In this document: positions 17,227 through 27,197 of the stretch, one piece after another | How positions within the stretch are numbered: position 1 is the stretch's first letter | Layout: every line of letters starts with the position of its first letter | Source of the DNA: an uncultured Alphaproteobacteria bacterium | GTDB taxonomy: Bacteria; Pseudomonadota; Alphaproteobacteria; HIMB59; GCA-002718135 | Assembly (NCBI GenBank): GCA_902621855.1 | Contig: CACNNQ010000002.1 | Location: 239,984-303,983 of the forward strand | Direction of reading: 5' to 3' | Length of the DNA stretch: 64,000 nucleotides | Notes under the pieces: generated by a model | What the model was told of the DNA's origin: nothing | What the model saw: only the letters and a program-made list of their open reading frames with translations | Database searches by the model: none | Translations under genes and position numbers: made by a program

Positions 17227-18843
17227 ATGGAAAATAGTGAAAATTTTGACTTTATTATTATAGGAGCTGGAACTGCTGGATGTATATTAGCCAATAGGTT
17301 GTCAAAAGATAAAAATATAAATGTTCTGTTAATTGAAGCAGGTGGGCCAGATCGTAACCCTTGGATACATATACCAGGCGGATATTTCAAAACCATGCAT
17401 AATCCAAAAACAGATTGGTGCTTTAACACAGAAAGTGAAAAATTTTGTAATAACAGAAAAATGCTTTTTCCAAGAGGCAAAACACTTGGTGGGAGCTCAT
17501 CTATTAATGGAATGTTATATATAAGGGGGCATGCAAGTGATTATGATTATTGGCGACAGCTTGGAAATTTTGGGTGGTCTTGGAGCGATGTTCTACCTTA
17601 TTTTAAAAAATCTGAAGATTATGAGTTAGGTGGTAACGAATTTCACGGAGCAGGGGGACCTATAAAGGTTGAACAAATTAAATGTAAATTTAAGGTACTT
17701 GATCTATTTTTAGAAGCGTCGCAAGAATTTGGTTTTAAAAAAACAGATGATTTTAACAATGGCGATAATGAAGGTATTGGATATTTTCCTTATACAACAA
17801 AAAATGGCTTTAGGTGTAGTGCTGCTGTTGGATATTTAAACCCAATTAAAAATAGAAAAAATCTAAAAATTATAACAAATGCACATGTTAAAAAAATTAT
17901 ATTTAAGAATAAAAAAGCAAAAAATGTAAATTTTTTTAAGGATAATATTTCTTATTCTTACTCAGCAAATAAAGAAATAATCTTGAGTGCTGGCTCAATT
18001 GGATCACCTCATATTTTACAAGCTTCAGGAGTAGGTCCAGGGGGGCTTTTAAAATCAAATGGGATAGAGGTTTTAAATAATCTCAATGGCGTGGGTAGTA
18101 ATTTAATAGATCATTTAATGCTCAGGCCTGTTTATAAAATAAAAAATCTTGAAACACTTAATGACATTTATCATAGTCTTCCTAAAAGAATCTTATCCGC
18201 TTTAAATTTTTTAATTTATAGAAAAGGACCTTTAACTGTTGGAGCTAGTTATTTGTGTGGTTTTATTAAAAGTGACTCCTATTTAGAATACCCGAATTTA
18301 CAATTTCATATATCTCCAGCAAGTACTGATCTACTTGGTAAAGCAAAACTCCATAAATTTCCAGCGTTTACTCCAACAATCACAAATATTAAACCAACAA
18401 GTAGAGGTTCTGTTGAATTACAATCTCAAGATACAAGAGTAAATCCAAAAATTAAAATGAATTATTTATCTACTGAAGAAGATAGGGTAATAGCAGCAAA
18501 ATCTATTAGAATTGTTAGAAAAATTATTTTAGATTCCAAAGCATACAAGAAATATGAACCTGAGGAACTAAGACCAGGTATAGAATTTAAAGATGATGAT
18601 TCGTTAGCAAGAGAAGCGGGAAAATTTGCAAATACTATATTTCATCCTGTTGGTACATGTAAAATGGGAATAGATAAAAATGCAGTTGTTGACGAAAAAC
18701 TTAAAGTTATAGGTTTAGAAAATCTAAGAATAGTAGATGCATCAATTATGCCAAGTATTACATCTGGTAATACTAATGCTCCTACAATGATGATTGCTGA
18801 AAAGGCTTCTGATATGATTCTTAAAGAAATATATAATTATTGA
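17227..18843 (+). CDS. GMC family FAD oxidoreductase (choline/alcohol dehydrogenase-like)
   Basis: 538 aa. DFIIIGAGTAGCILANRLS (FAD), GGSSSINGMLYIRG, HPVGTCKMG, and C-terminal GNTNAPTMMIAEKASD. Confidence 0.9.
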   Translation: MENSENFDFIIIGAGTAGCILANRLSKDKNINVLLIEAGGPDRNPWIHIPGGYFKTMHNPKTDWCFNTESEKFCNNRKMLFPRGKTLGGSSSINGMLYIRGHASDYDYWRQLGNFGWSWSDVLPYFKKSEDYELGGNEFHGAGGPIKVEQIKCKFKVLDLFLEASQEFGFKKTDDFNNGDNEGIGYFPYTTKNGFRCSAAVGYLNPIKNRKNLKIITNAHVKKIIFKNKKAKNVNFFKDNISYSYSANKEIILSAGSIGSPHILQASGVGPGGLLKSNGIEVLNNLNGVGSNLIDHLMLRPVYKIKNLETLNDIYHSLPKRILSALNFLIYRKGPLTVGASYLCGFIKSDSYLEYPNLQFHISPASTDLLGKAKLHKFPAFTPTITNIKPTSRGSVELQSQDTRVNPKIKMNYLSTEEDRVIAAKSIRIVRKIILDSKAYKKYEPEELRPGIEFKDDDSLAREAGKFANTIFHPVGTCKMGIDKNAVVDEKLKVIGLENLRIVDASIMPSITSGNTNAPTMMIAEKASDMILKEIYNY

Positions 18844-20606
18844 ACTACAGTATCTTCACGATTAATACCAGCTACCTCCACTGGAGATTTCATTGCATCT
18901 CTTCTGAATGGTTCTCCAAGTTCTTGGTTCAGCATTACTTCTATAAAAGTAGTGGTACCTTGCATTTGTTCTATACATGAGAGCTTAAGCGCATCAGTTA
19001 ACTCTTCTGGAGTATTCACTCTTACTCCCTTAAATCCACAAGCCTCAGCAATTTTTGCATAATTTAATTTAGGATCAAGTTCAGTGCCAACAAAATTATT
19101 ATTATACCAAAGTGTGGTGTTTCTTTTTTCTGCACCCCATTGATAATTTCTAAAAATAATCATAGTTATGTTTGGCCACCCATCTCTATTACAAGATGTC
19201 ATTTCACTCATACTAATTCCAAATGCACCATCTCCCGCGAATCCTACTACAGGAGTGTCAGGACAACCGATTTTTGCTCCAATAACTGAAGGAAAACCAT
19301 ATCCACAAGGTCCAAATAAACCAGGAGCTAAGTATTTTCTTCCATTTTCAAATGAAGGATATGCGTTTCCAATTGCGCAATTATTTCCAATATCACTTGA
19401 TATAATTGCTTCTTCAGGTAAACCAGCCTGAATAGCTCTCCATGCCATTCGCGGAGACATTTTTTCAGGCTCTCTATCTCTTGAATCTTTATTCCAAGAT
19501 GTTCCAGGGTCATCATCTTCATGATCCAAGCTAGTTAGTGTCTGCAACCAAGATGATTTAGTTTTATGTATTAATTCTTCTCTTTCTTTTCTATTATTGT
19601 TTCCTGCGTCTCTTGAAAGTTTATCAAATATTTGCTGAGCAACAAGTTTTGCATCGCCACATATACCAATACTTATTTTTTTTGTTAAACCAATTCGATC
19701 AGAATTAATATCAACTTGAATTACTTGAGCTTTTTTAGGCCAATAGTCAATGCCATAACCAGGAAGTGTTGAAAAGGGATTTAGTCTTGTACCTAGTGCT
19801 AAAACAACATCAGCTTTTGATATAATTTCCATAGCAGCCTTTGATCCATTATAGCCAAGTGGTCCAACAGCGAGTGGATGTTTACCAGGAAAACTATCAT
19901 TGTGTTGGTAACCGCAAGCTACGGGTGCACTTAATTTTTCAGCAAGGTTTTTACAATCGTTTATAGCATCTGATAAAATTACTCCTGCGCCTGACAAAAT
20001 TACTGGAAATTTAGCATTAGAAAGCAATGATGCTGCTTTTTTGATAGCATCGGATCCTCCAGATGGTTTTTCAAATGTGATTATTGGTGGAATTTCAATA
20101 TCAATTACCTGTGTCCAAAAATCTCTTGGAATATTCAATTGCGCAGGAGCCGATCCTTTTATTGCTTTAGAAATTACTCTATTTAAAACCTCTGCAACTC
20201 TTGAAGGGTCTCGCACCTCCTCTTGATAACAAACCATATCTTTAAATAAATTCATTTGCTCTACTTCTTGAAAACCACCCTGACCCATTGTTTTATTGGC
20301 AGCTTGAGGAGTAACAAGCAACATTGGAGTATGATTCCAATATGCTGTTTTAATAGGAGTTACTAAACCTGTGATACCCGGTCCATTTTGGGCAATACAC
20401 ATTGCGATTTTGCCAGTTGACCTTGTATATCCGTCAGCCATTATCCCACCATTAGACTCGTGCGCTACATCCCAAAATGTAATGCCGGCCTTAGGGAATA
20501 AGTCTGAGATAGGCATAAATGCAGACCCAATGATACCAAAGGCATTTTGTATACCATGCTTTTGTAATACTTTAACAAAAGCTTCTTCAGTTGTCATTTT
20601 TGCCAT
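18837..20606 (-). CDS. xsc: Sulfoacetaldehyde acetyltransferase (ThDP-dependent)
   Basis: 589 aa. The N-terminus MAKMTTEEAFVKVLQKHGIQNAFGIIGSAFMPISDLFPKAGITFWD... and TPQAANKTMGQGGFQEVEQM match my recollection of Xsc sequences. A ThDP motif GDGAF is present. Confidence 0.8.
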   Translation of the reverse strand: MAKMTTEEAFVKVLQKHGIQNAFGIIGSAFMPISDLFPKAGITFWDVAHESNGGIMADGYTRSTGKIAMCIAQNGPGITGLVTPIKTAYWNHTPMLLVTPQAANKTMGQGGFQEVEQMNLFKDMVCYQEEVRDPSRVAEVLNRVISKAIKGSAPAQLNIPRDFWTQVIDIEIPPIITFEKPSGGSDAIKKAASLLSNAKFPVILSGAGVILSDAINDCKNLAEKLSAPVACGYQHNDSFPGKHPLAVGPLGYNGSKAAMEIISKADVVLALGTRLNPFSTLPGYGIDYWPKKAQVIQVDINSDRIGLTKKISIGICGDAKLVAQQIFDKLSRDAGNNNRKEREELIHKTKSSWLQTLTSLDHEDDDPGTSWNKDSRDREPEKMSPRMAWRAIQAGLPEEAIISSDIGNNCAIGNAYPSFENGRKYLAPGLFGPCGYGFPSVIGAKIGCPDTPVVGFAGDGAFGISMSEMTSCNRDGWPNITMIIFRNYQWGAEKRNTTLWYNNNFVGTELDPKLNYAKIAEACGFKGVRVNTPEELTDALKLSCIEQMQGTTTFIEVMLNQELGEPFRRDAMKSPVEVAGINREDTVVQ

Positions 20607-20741
20607 ATTATTTCCCTTAAATTTTCTTAATCCCTATATTAAATTATACAATAAATAAAATAATAATGATTTCATTACTATATTAAAGTTAATATATTAA
20701 ACTGTATTTAGAGAATAATTGACTTTTTTACGACTGTTAAA

Positions 20742-22574
20742 ATGACGCTTCAGGGACAAGAAATAATTAGAACAACTTCTAAAACGTTACCAAATCAACC
20801 TGGTGTTTATCAAATGGAGGATGATAAAGGTAATATACTGTACATTGGAAAGGCAAAAAATTTATCTAATAGAGTTAAAAATTATTTATCAATTAATAAT
20901 TTGACTAGAAGAATTCAAAGAATGGTAAGTTTAACCAGTTCAATGAATTTTTATGTTACAAATACTGAGTTAGAAGCAATAATTTTAGAATGCAATTTAA
21001 TAAAAAAATATAAACCAAGGTTCAATATATTACTAAGAGATGATAAATCATTTCCATATATTTTTATTTCTTCAGAACACGACTTTCCTAGAATTGAAAA
21101 ACACAGAGGTGCACAATATAAAAAGGGAAGATATTATGGGCCATTTGCTAGTCCAGATGCCGTAAATAGAACTATAAATACTTTACAAAGAATATTTTTA
21201 CTTAGGTCTTGCACAGACAAAGAGGTCGCTTCAGGTCAAAAGCTATGTTTTAATTATTATCTCAAAAGGTGCTCTGGTCCATGTGGAGGTAAAATAACAA
21301 AAGAGGACTATGCTAAGTTGATTGAATCAGCTGATGATTTTTTAAGTAGTGGTAATTCGGAAAAAATTCAAAAAAAATTTGAAGATCAAATGTATTTTGC
21401 ATCTAAAAATAAAAACTTTGAATTAGCTGCATCGTTGAGAGACAGATTGAAAGCATTGAAACATATTGCTCAAAATAATTCTATAAAAATTAAGGATATT
21501 AAAGATGCAGATATTTTTGCTATAGACACTAGAGAAGGAAAAACTTGTATTTATGGGAGTTTTTTTAGAAATAATACCTCTTACGGTGGTAAAGCTTTTT
21601 TTCCTGATCATGATCAATTAGCTGATAAGATAGAAATTATGATAGGTTTTCTAAATATATTTTACGCTGAAAAAAAAATACCAAGAGTGATAATTACAAA
21701 TACAGATATAGATAAAACTAATAGTTTTATGATTTTAGGTAAAAATTTTGAAAATACAAAAATTGTAAATCCAAAAAAAGGGCCAAAAAAAAATCTTTTA
21801 AAATTTGCAGAAAAAAATTCTCGTATTAATTTAGATTTAAAACTAAATAAATTAAAATCTTTTGACAACTTTATTAATGAAATAAAAAAAATATTTCAAA
21901 TTAAAAAAGATATTAATAAAATAGAAGCTTTTGACAATAGTCATACTTTTGGAAAGTATCCAGTTGGAGTAATGATAGCTTATAACAATAATGGTTTTTT
22001 AAAATCAAACTATCGAAAATTTAATATAAAATTTAATTTAGAGGATAATAAAAATAAAGTTGATGACTATTATATGATGAAAGAAATGTTGATTAGAAGA
22101 TTTGGAAATAGCAAGTTCAAAAATGAAATTGATCTTCCTGATTTATTATTAATAGATGGTGGTAGAGGTCAATATAATTCTGCTAAAAAAGCTATTGAAG
22201 ATCTGCAAATAAATATTCCTATTATTGCAATGGCAAAAGGGTTAGATCGAGATTCTGGTAGAGAAATACTAATTCACGATAAATACACACATAGATTAAA
22301 TCATAACAACTTGCTACTTCATTTTTTACAAAATATTAGAGATGAAGTACATAGATTTGCTATAACAACACATAGAAGTAAAAGGTATAAAATGAGTATT
22401 AAATCTGTATTTGATGATTTAAAAGGGATTGGGCCAGAAAGGAAAAAAATCTTAAAAAAACATTTTGGTTCAGTTGAACAATTAAAACTTGCCAGTTTGA
22501 AAGAGTTAAAAGAAATTAAATCAATCCCTGAAAATATACTCAAGAGAATTTATGAATATTTTCATAGCGTTTAA
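20742..22574 (+). CDS. uvrC: Excinuclease ABC subunit C
   Basis: 610 aa. GIY-YIG N-terminus (PGVYQMEDDKGNILYIGKAKNL), a UvrBC domain and a C-terminal HhH. Confidence 0.95.
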   Translation: MTLQGQEIIRTTSKTLPNQPGVYQMEDDKGNILYIGKAKNLSNRVKNYLSINNLTRRIQRMVSLTSSMNFYVTNTELEAIILECNLIKKYKPRFNILLRDDKSFPYIFISSEHDFPRIEKHRGAQYKKGRYYGPFASPDAVNRTINTLQRIFLLRSCTDKEVASGQKLCFNYYLKRCSGPCGGKITKEDYAKLIESADDFLSSGNSEKIQKKFEDQMYFASKNKNFELAASLRDRLKALKHIAQNNSIKIKDIKDADIFAIDTREGKTCIYGSFFRNNTSYGGKAFFPDHDQLADKIEIMIGFLNIFYAEKKIPRVIITNTDIDKTNSFMILGKNFENTKIVNPKKGPKKNLLKFAEKNSRINLDLKLNKLKSFDNFINEIKKIFQIKKDINKIEAFDNSHTFGKYPVGVMIAYNNNGFLKSNYRKFNIKFNLEDNKNKVDDYYMMKEMLIRRFGNSKFKNEIDLPDLLLIDGGRGQYNSAKKAIEDLQINIPIIAMAKGLDRDSGREILIHDKYTHRLNHNNLLLHFLQNIRDEVHRFAITTHRSKRYKMSIKSVFDDLKGIGPERKKILKKHFGSVEQLKLASLKELKEIKSIPENILKRIYEYFHSV

Positions 22575-22603
22575 AAAATACTTAATTTAGATATATAAAT
22601 ACA

Positions 22604-23146
22604 ATGAATCTATCAAATGTATTAACTTTAATTAGGATCGCTGTAATTCCAATAATTGTTATTTGTATATATCTTAAGAGCCCTTTTTTTGGTTGGATAG
22701 CATTTGTATTATTCTGCTTAGCAAGTATTACAGATTATTTTGATGGGTATTTAGCTAGGTTAAGAAATGAAGTGACAAATTTTGGAACCTTTTTAGATCC
22801 AATAGCTGATAAACTTTTGGTTGCTTCAGTGATACTAATTTTAACATCAAAAGGTATTATTGCTAATTGGGAAACTATACCTGCTTTAATAATTCTTCTA
22901 AGGGAGATTACAGTATCTGGTTTAAGAGAATATTTAGCAGGAATAAAAATAAGCATACCAGTTTCAAGAATTGCAAAATTAAAAACACTATTACAATTAT
23001 TTGCTCTTGCCATTTTAATATTATCTGAAAGCATCTATAATATTTCTCTTATAATATTTATTGGAAAATTATTTTTATGGATTGCTGGATTATTAACACT
23101 GTATACCGCATATGATTATATAAAGGCTTCAATAAAACATTTCTAA
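22604..23146 (+). CDS. pgsA: CDP-diacylglycerol--glycerol-3-phosphate 3-phosphatidyltransferase
   Basis: 180 aa. CDP-alcohol phosphatidyltransferase motif DYFDGYLAR...GTFLDPIADK. uvrC-pgsA synteny. Confidence 0.85.
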   Translation: MNLSNVLTLIRIAVIPIIVICIYLKSPFFGWIAFVLFCLASITDYFDGYLARLRNEVTNFGTFLDPIADKLLVASVILILTSKGIIANWETIPALIILLREITVSGLREYLAGIKISIPVSRIAKLKTLLQLFALAILILSESIYNISLIIFIGKLFLWIAGLLTLYTAYDYIKASIKHF

Positions 23147-23147
23147 A

Positions 23148-23393
23148 ATGAAAATAAAATATTTTGCTTGGATTAAAGATATAACAAAAAAAGATGTCGA
23201 GATACTGAATTCAAATTATCCAAAAAATATAGAAGAATTAAAAAAATATTTAACTTTGATGTATCCATCTTTAGAAAAACATATTTCCAAAGATATTTTA
23301 CGCTATGCTATAAATATGGAATACAATTCTAAAAACCCATCTTTACAAGAAAATGATGAAATTGCGGTTTTTCCACCAGTGAGTGGAGGGTGA
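23148..23393 (+). CDS. moaD: Molybdopterin synthase sulfur-carrier subunit
   Basis: 81 aa ending in the C-terminal Gly-Gly (PPVSGG). Overlaps moaE. Confidence 0.75.
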   Translation: MKIKYFAWIKDITKKDVEILNSNYPKNIEELKKYLTLMYPSLEKHISKDILRYAINMEYNSKNPSLQENDEIAVFPPVSGG

Positions 23394-23797
23394 TGATTAA
23401 AATACAGAAAAAAGATTTTAATGTAGAAAATGAGATAAAGACAATAAAAGATAAGTATTCTAGCATAGGTGCAGTAAATGTATTTATTGGCTTTGTTAGA
23501 GATTATAATGACAAAAGGGATGTTAAGTTTTTAGAGTTAGAAGTATATGAGCAAATGGCTATCAAAGAATTATCGAAAATACAACAAAGAGCAATAAAAA
23601 AATTCAAATTAATAGATAGTTTAATTATTCATCGATATGGTAAATTATATGTAAACGATAAAATTGTTTTGGTTGTATGCTTTTCAGTTAATAGAAAAAA
23701 TAGTTTTGAAGCAACAAAATTTATTATGGATTATTTAAAAAAAGATGCTCCATTTTGGAAAAAAGAAACATATGATTTTGGATCAAATTGGATTTAA
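23390..23797 (+). CDS. moaE: Molybdopterin synthase catalytic subunit
   Basis: 135 aa of MoaE-like sequence (GAVNVFIGFVRD..., PFWKKE), translationally coupled to moaD. Confidence 0.8.
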   Translation: MMIKIQKKDFNVENEIKTIKDKYSSIGAVNVFIGFVRDYNDKRDVKFLELEVYEQMAIKELSKIQQRAIKKFKLIDSLIIHRYGKLYVNDKIVLVVCFSVNRKNSFEATKFIMDYLKKDAPFWKKETYDFGSNWI

Positions 23798-23801
23798 AAT
23801 A

Positions 23802-24686
23802 TTAGTTAGAGTTAGTAACTAAAGCTCTATAATCTTTCATGAATTGATATGTGGTTGTATTATCACCTGTTTTAAAATTCAGATTATCAATTGATTTTAC
23901 TGGTGTTATCTCTGCAGCAGTTCCAGTTAAAAATACTTCATCATAGTTTTTCAATTCATCTGGTTTTATATGACGTTCAATTAAATTAAACCCTTGGTCT
24001 TTAACCATACTTATTACTGTCTGACGCGTGATTCCATTGAGAAAGCAGTCCGGAATTGGAGTATGAATTTCTTTTCCTTTTATTAAAAAAATATTTGAGC
24101 TTGTTGCTTCTGCAACGTAACCTCTATAATCAAGCATTAAGGCTTCATTAAAACCTTTCTCTTCTGCAAAAGATTTAGAAAGAGTACATATTAAATAAGG
24201 TCCAGATGCTTTAGCTTCAAAAGGTATAGATTCTGGTGAAGGTCTTTTCCAAGGTGATGTAATTAATGTCAAGCCATGCTTTATATCTTCTAGTTTGTAA
24301 TAAGTGGTCCAATCATCCCAAACTGCAATAGAAACATGAACATCAGAATTTGATGTTGATAAGCCCATTAATTTTCCACCTCTCCATGCGAATGGTCTTA
24401 CATAACAATCTTTGAAATTCATTTTTAATATTAATTCATTTTTCGCAATATTAATTTCGTTATGAGTATAGGGAATTTTGATTCCTATAGTTTCTGCTGA
24501 TTTAAACAGTCTTTTTGTGTGTTCATCGCTCTTAAATATTTTACCATTATATGCTCTTTCACCCTCAAAAACAGCACTTGCATAATGAAGTCCTTGACCA
24601 ATTACATGTGTTTTAGCTTTTTTCCATTCGACAAGTTTCCCATCATACCAAATCCAACCGTCTCTATCTTCAAATGTTTTAAGCAT
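23802..24686 (-). CDS. ilvE: Branched-chain amino acid aminotransferase (class IV)
   Basis: 294 aa with motifs LHYASAVFEGERAY and FLTGTAAEITPV. Confidence 0.85.
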   Translation of the reverse strand: MLKTFEDRDGWIWYDGKLVEWKKAKTHVIGQGLHYASAVFEGERAYNGKIFKSDEHTKRLFKSAETIGIKIPYTHNEINIAKNELILKMNFKDCYVRPFAWRGGKLMGLSTSNSDVHVSIAVWDDWTTYYKLEDIKHGLTLITSPWKRPSPESIPFEAKASGPYLICTLSKSFAEEKGFNEALMLDYRGYVAEATSSNIFLIKGKEIHTPIPDCFLNGITRQTVISMVKDQGFNLIERHIKPDELKNYDEVFLTGTAAEITPVKSIDNLNFKTGDNTTTYQFMKDYRALVTNSN

Positions 24687-24748
24687 AAATTAATTATTTA
24701 TATTTTTTAAATGACAATTGACTATCAGTGATGCATAATTAAGTCAAT

Positions 24749-25231
24749 ATGACTGACCTAAAAAAATTGTTAACTCCTCTATTTTTAAATGAAAATGAGA
24801 TTAGAAAAATAATAGAATTAATGTTTTTTTCCTACAGAGATTTTACATCCGGGCCTGATAAAGTACTTGAAAAAATAAACTTTGGAAGAGCTCACCATCG
24901 AGTAATCTACTTTGTTAAAAAAAGTAATAATCTAACAATTAAGGAATTACTATCAATTTTGCAAATTACAAAGCAAAGTTTATCAAGAGTACTTAATCAA
25001 TTAGTAAAAGAAGGTTATATAGTTTTATCAACTGGTGAGGATAAAAGAACAAAAAAACTATCACTTTCAAAAAAAGGTGAGCAATTAGAAAAAAAACTTT
25101 CTGAGATACAAATATTAAAAATATATAATGTTATTAAAAATTTTGATGAAAATGATATTAACGGTTTTAAAAAAGTTTTATTTCAAATGGTGGATATTAA
25201 AAATCAAAAAAAATTTAATGAAATAAATTAA
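24749..25231 (+). CDS. MarR family transcriptional regulator (PetP-like position upstream of a response regulator)
   Basis: 160 aa. Winged-helix segment LTIKELLSILQITKQSLSRVLNQLVKEGYI. Confidence 0.7.
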   Translation: MTDLKKLLTPLFLNENEIRKIIELMFFSYRDFTSGPDKVLEKINFGRAHHRVIYFVKKSNNLTIKELLSILQITKQSLSRVLNQLVKEGYIVLSTGEDKRTKKLSLSKKGEQLEKKLSEIQILKIYNVIKNFDENDINGFKKVLFQMVDIKNQKKFNEIN

Positions 25232-25912
25232 TTGATGAAAAAAAATATACTGTTTGTAGATGACGATCAAAGATTAAGAGAGTTATTAAAAGATTATTTA
25301 GAAGAAAAAAAATTCGAAGTTTATCTTTGTGAAGATTTTTTAGAAGCCAAAGAAATTTTAACCTTTATATTTTTTGACTTGGTAATTCTTGATAGAATGA
25401 TGCCTTCGGGAGATGGTATAAATTTAATTAAATTTGTAAAAGATATCTCTAACTCACCTGTGATTATGTTAACAGCTATGGGGGAGAATCAAAATAAAAT
25501 AGAAGGATTAAAAATTGGAGCAGATGATTATTTAGCAAAACCCTTTGAACCTGAAGAACTATACTTACGAGTTCTTAAATTACTAAATTTATACAATACT
25601 AAACTGAAAGGAAAACAAAACATAAAATTTGGTGGATTTGAATTTGACACAACTGTATTAGAACTAAAAAGGAATAATAATATTATTTATCTTACGGAAA
25701 GTGAAAATGATTTATTATTAAAATTAATTAATAAGAGAAATGAAATTGTTCTAAGGGAAGAATTAGCAGAGCAAGAATTTGACGAGTCAGAATTAAGAAA
25801 AATAGATGTAAGAATTACTAGATTAAGACAAAAAATTGAACAAAATCCTAAACAACCTCAGTTCATTAAAACAATTAGAGGTAAAGGCTATAAACTAGTT
25901 TGTGATGTTTAA
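25232..25912 (+). CDS. OmpR family two-component response regulator
   Basis: Receiver domain (ILFVDDD..., DLVILDRMMP, LTAMG, KPF) plus winged-helix output (RGKGYKL). The ATG at 25235 is the more likely start. Confidence 0.9.
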   Translation: MMKKNILFVDDDQRLRELLKDYLEEKKFEVYLCEDFLEAKEILTFIFFDLVILDRMMPSGDGINLIKFVKDISNSPVIMLTAMGENQNKIEGLKIGADDYLAKPFEPEELYLRVLKLLNLYNTKLKGKQNIKFGGFEFDTTVLELKRNNNIIYLTESENDLLLKLINKRNEIVLREELAEQEFDESELRKIDVRITRLRQKIEQNPKQPQFIKTIRGKGYKLVCDV

Positions 25913-27197
25913 AAGAATTGTTCCTTCAACTTTAATTGGTCGTTCTATTATAATTATTTTTTTACCTATTATAATATTAGTTTTAATTACTAGTTTAATT
26001 TTTTATCAGACTTCATGGAATATTATTTCTAAAAGATTAGCTGAGTCTGTGGTAGCGGATATTAATGTTTTAGTAAAACTTATAGAAGATGATTTAGGTC
26101 AATATGCACAGCAAATTTCAAAAGAAGATTTTAAAATGATCATTAATATTACTAAAGAAAAAAGTATTGATAATTTACCTGCAGAAAAAAATAGGGGTAT
26201 TTTGTCTGAAAGATTAGAACAATCACTCAAAAATTTGAATCGACCATTTGTTTATGACTTAAACAATTTAGAAAAAGGTGCTTTGATTATAATACAGCTT
26301 GATAAAGATTTGCTGACTATAAATGTAAATAAAGATAGGCTGATAAGTGAAAGTGCTTTTGTATTTTTACTTTGGATGATTTTTGCTTCAATAATTCTAT
26401 TTTTTACTTCTTATTTTTTTATGAATAGACAACTAAAACCTCTAAAAAGACTGGCAATAATTGCAGAAACTTTTGGAAGAGGATTAAACGCTCCTGAATT
26501 AAAAAGTGTAGGAGCCTATGAGATTAGACAAACATCTCAGGCATTTAATCGAATGAGAACTAGAATAAAAAGATTTTTAAATCAAAGAACTGAAATGCTT
26601 GCAGGTGTAAGTCATGATTTAAGAACACCCTTAACAAGAATGAAATTACAAATTTCTTTTTTAAAAGATAAAAAAGCTAAGTCAGAATTAGAAATAGATA
26701 TAAATGAAATGACTGCAATGTTGGATAGTTATGTCAGCTTTGTAAAAACAGAATCTCCGGAGACAATTGAAAACATAAATGTTAATGAATTAATTAAAGA
26801 TTGTGTTAAAAATATTGATAAATCGACTTACAAAATTAAAATTTTTGAAAAAAATTTTATTCGCACATCCGGAAGACCAATTCAATTAAAAAGAGCTTTT
26901 CAGAATATAATTGATAATTCAAAAAGATATGGAGATAAAATTCATATTAATATTTATTTAAATGATGTTGACTGTATTGTTGAAATTAATGATAACGGGA
27001 TGGGTATTCCCAAAGATAAGTATGAGGATGTATTTAAACCTTTCTTTACACTTGATCCATCTAGAAATAAGTTAAAAGGTGAAAGTGGTTTAGGACTTAC
27101 AATAACAAGAGACATAATAAGATCACATGGTGGTGAAATTAAATTGGATGAGTCTGTATTAGGTGGATTAAAATTAACTGTTATATTGCCTTTATAA
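25902..27197 (+). CDS. Two-component sensor histidine kinase (EnvZ-like)
   Basis: 431 aa with two TM segments, a HAMP-like linker, the H-box GVSHDLRTPLT and an ATPase domain (NDNGMGIP, GESGLGLTI). Overlaps the regulator gene. Confidence 0.85.
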   Translation: MMFKRIVPSTLIGRSIIIIFLPIIILVLITSLIFYQTSWNIISKRLAESVVADINVLVKLIEDDLGQYAQQISKEDFKMIINITKEKSIDNLPAEKNRGILSERLEQSLKNLNRPFVYDLNNLEKGALIIIQLDKDLLTINVNKDRLISESAFVFLLWMIFASIILFFTSYFFMNRQLKPLKRLAIIAETFGRGLNAPELKSVGAYEIRQTSQAFNRMRTRIKRFLNQRTEMLAGVSHDLRTPLTRMKLQISFLKDKKAKSELEIDINEMTAMLDSYVSFVKTESPETIENINVNELIKDCVKNIDKSTYKIKIFEKNFIRTSGRPIQLKRAFQNIIDNSKRYGDKIHINIYLNDVDCIVEINDNGMGIPKDKYEDVFKPFFTLDPSRNKLKGESGLGLTITRDIIRSHGGEIKLDESVLGGLKLTVILPL

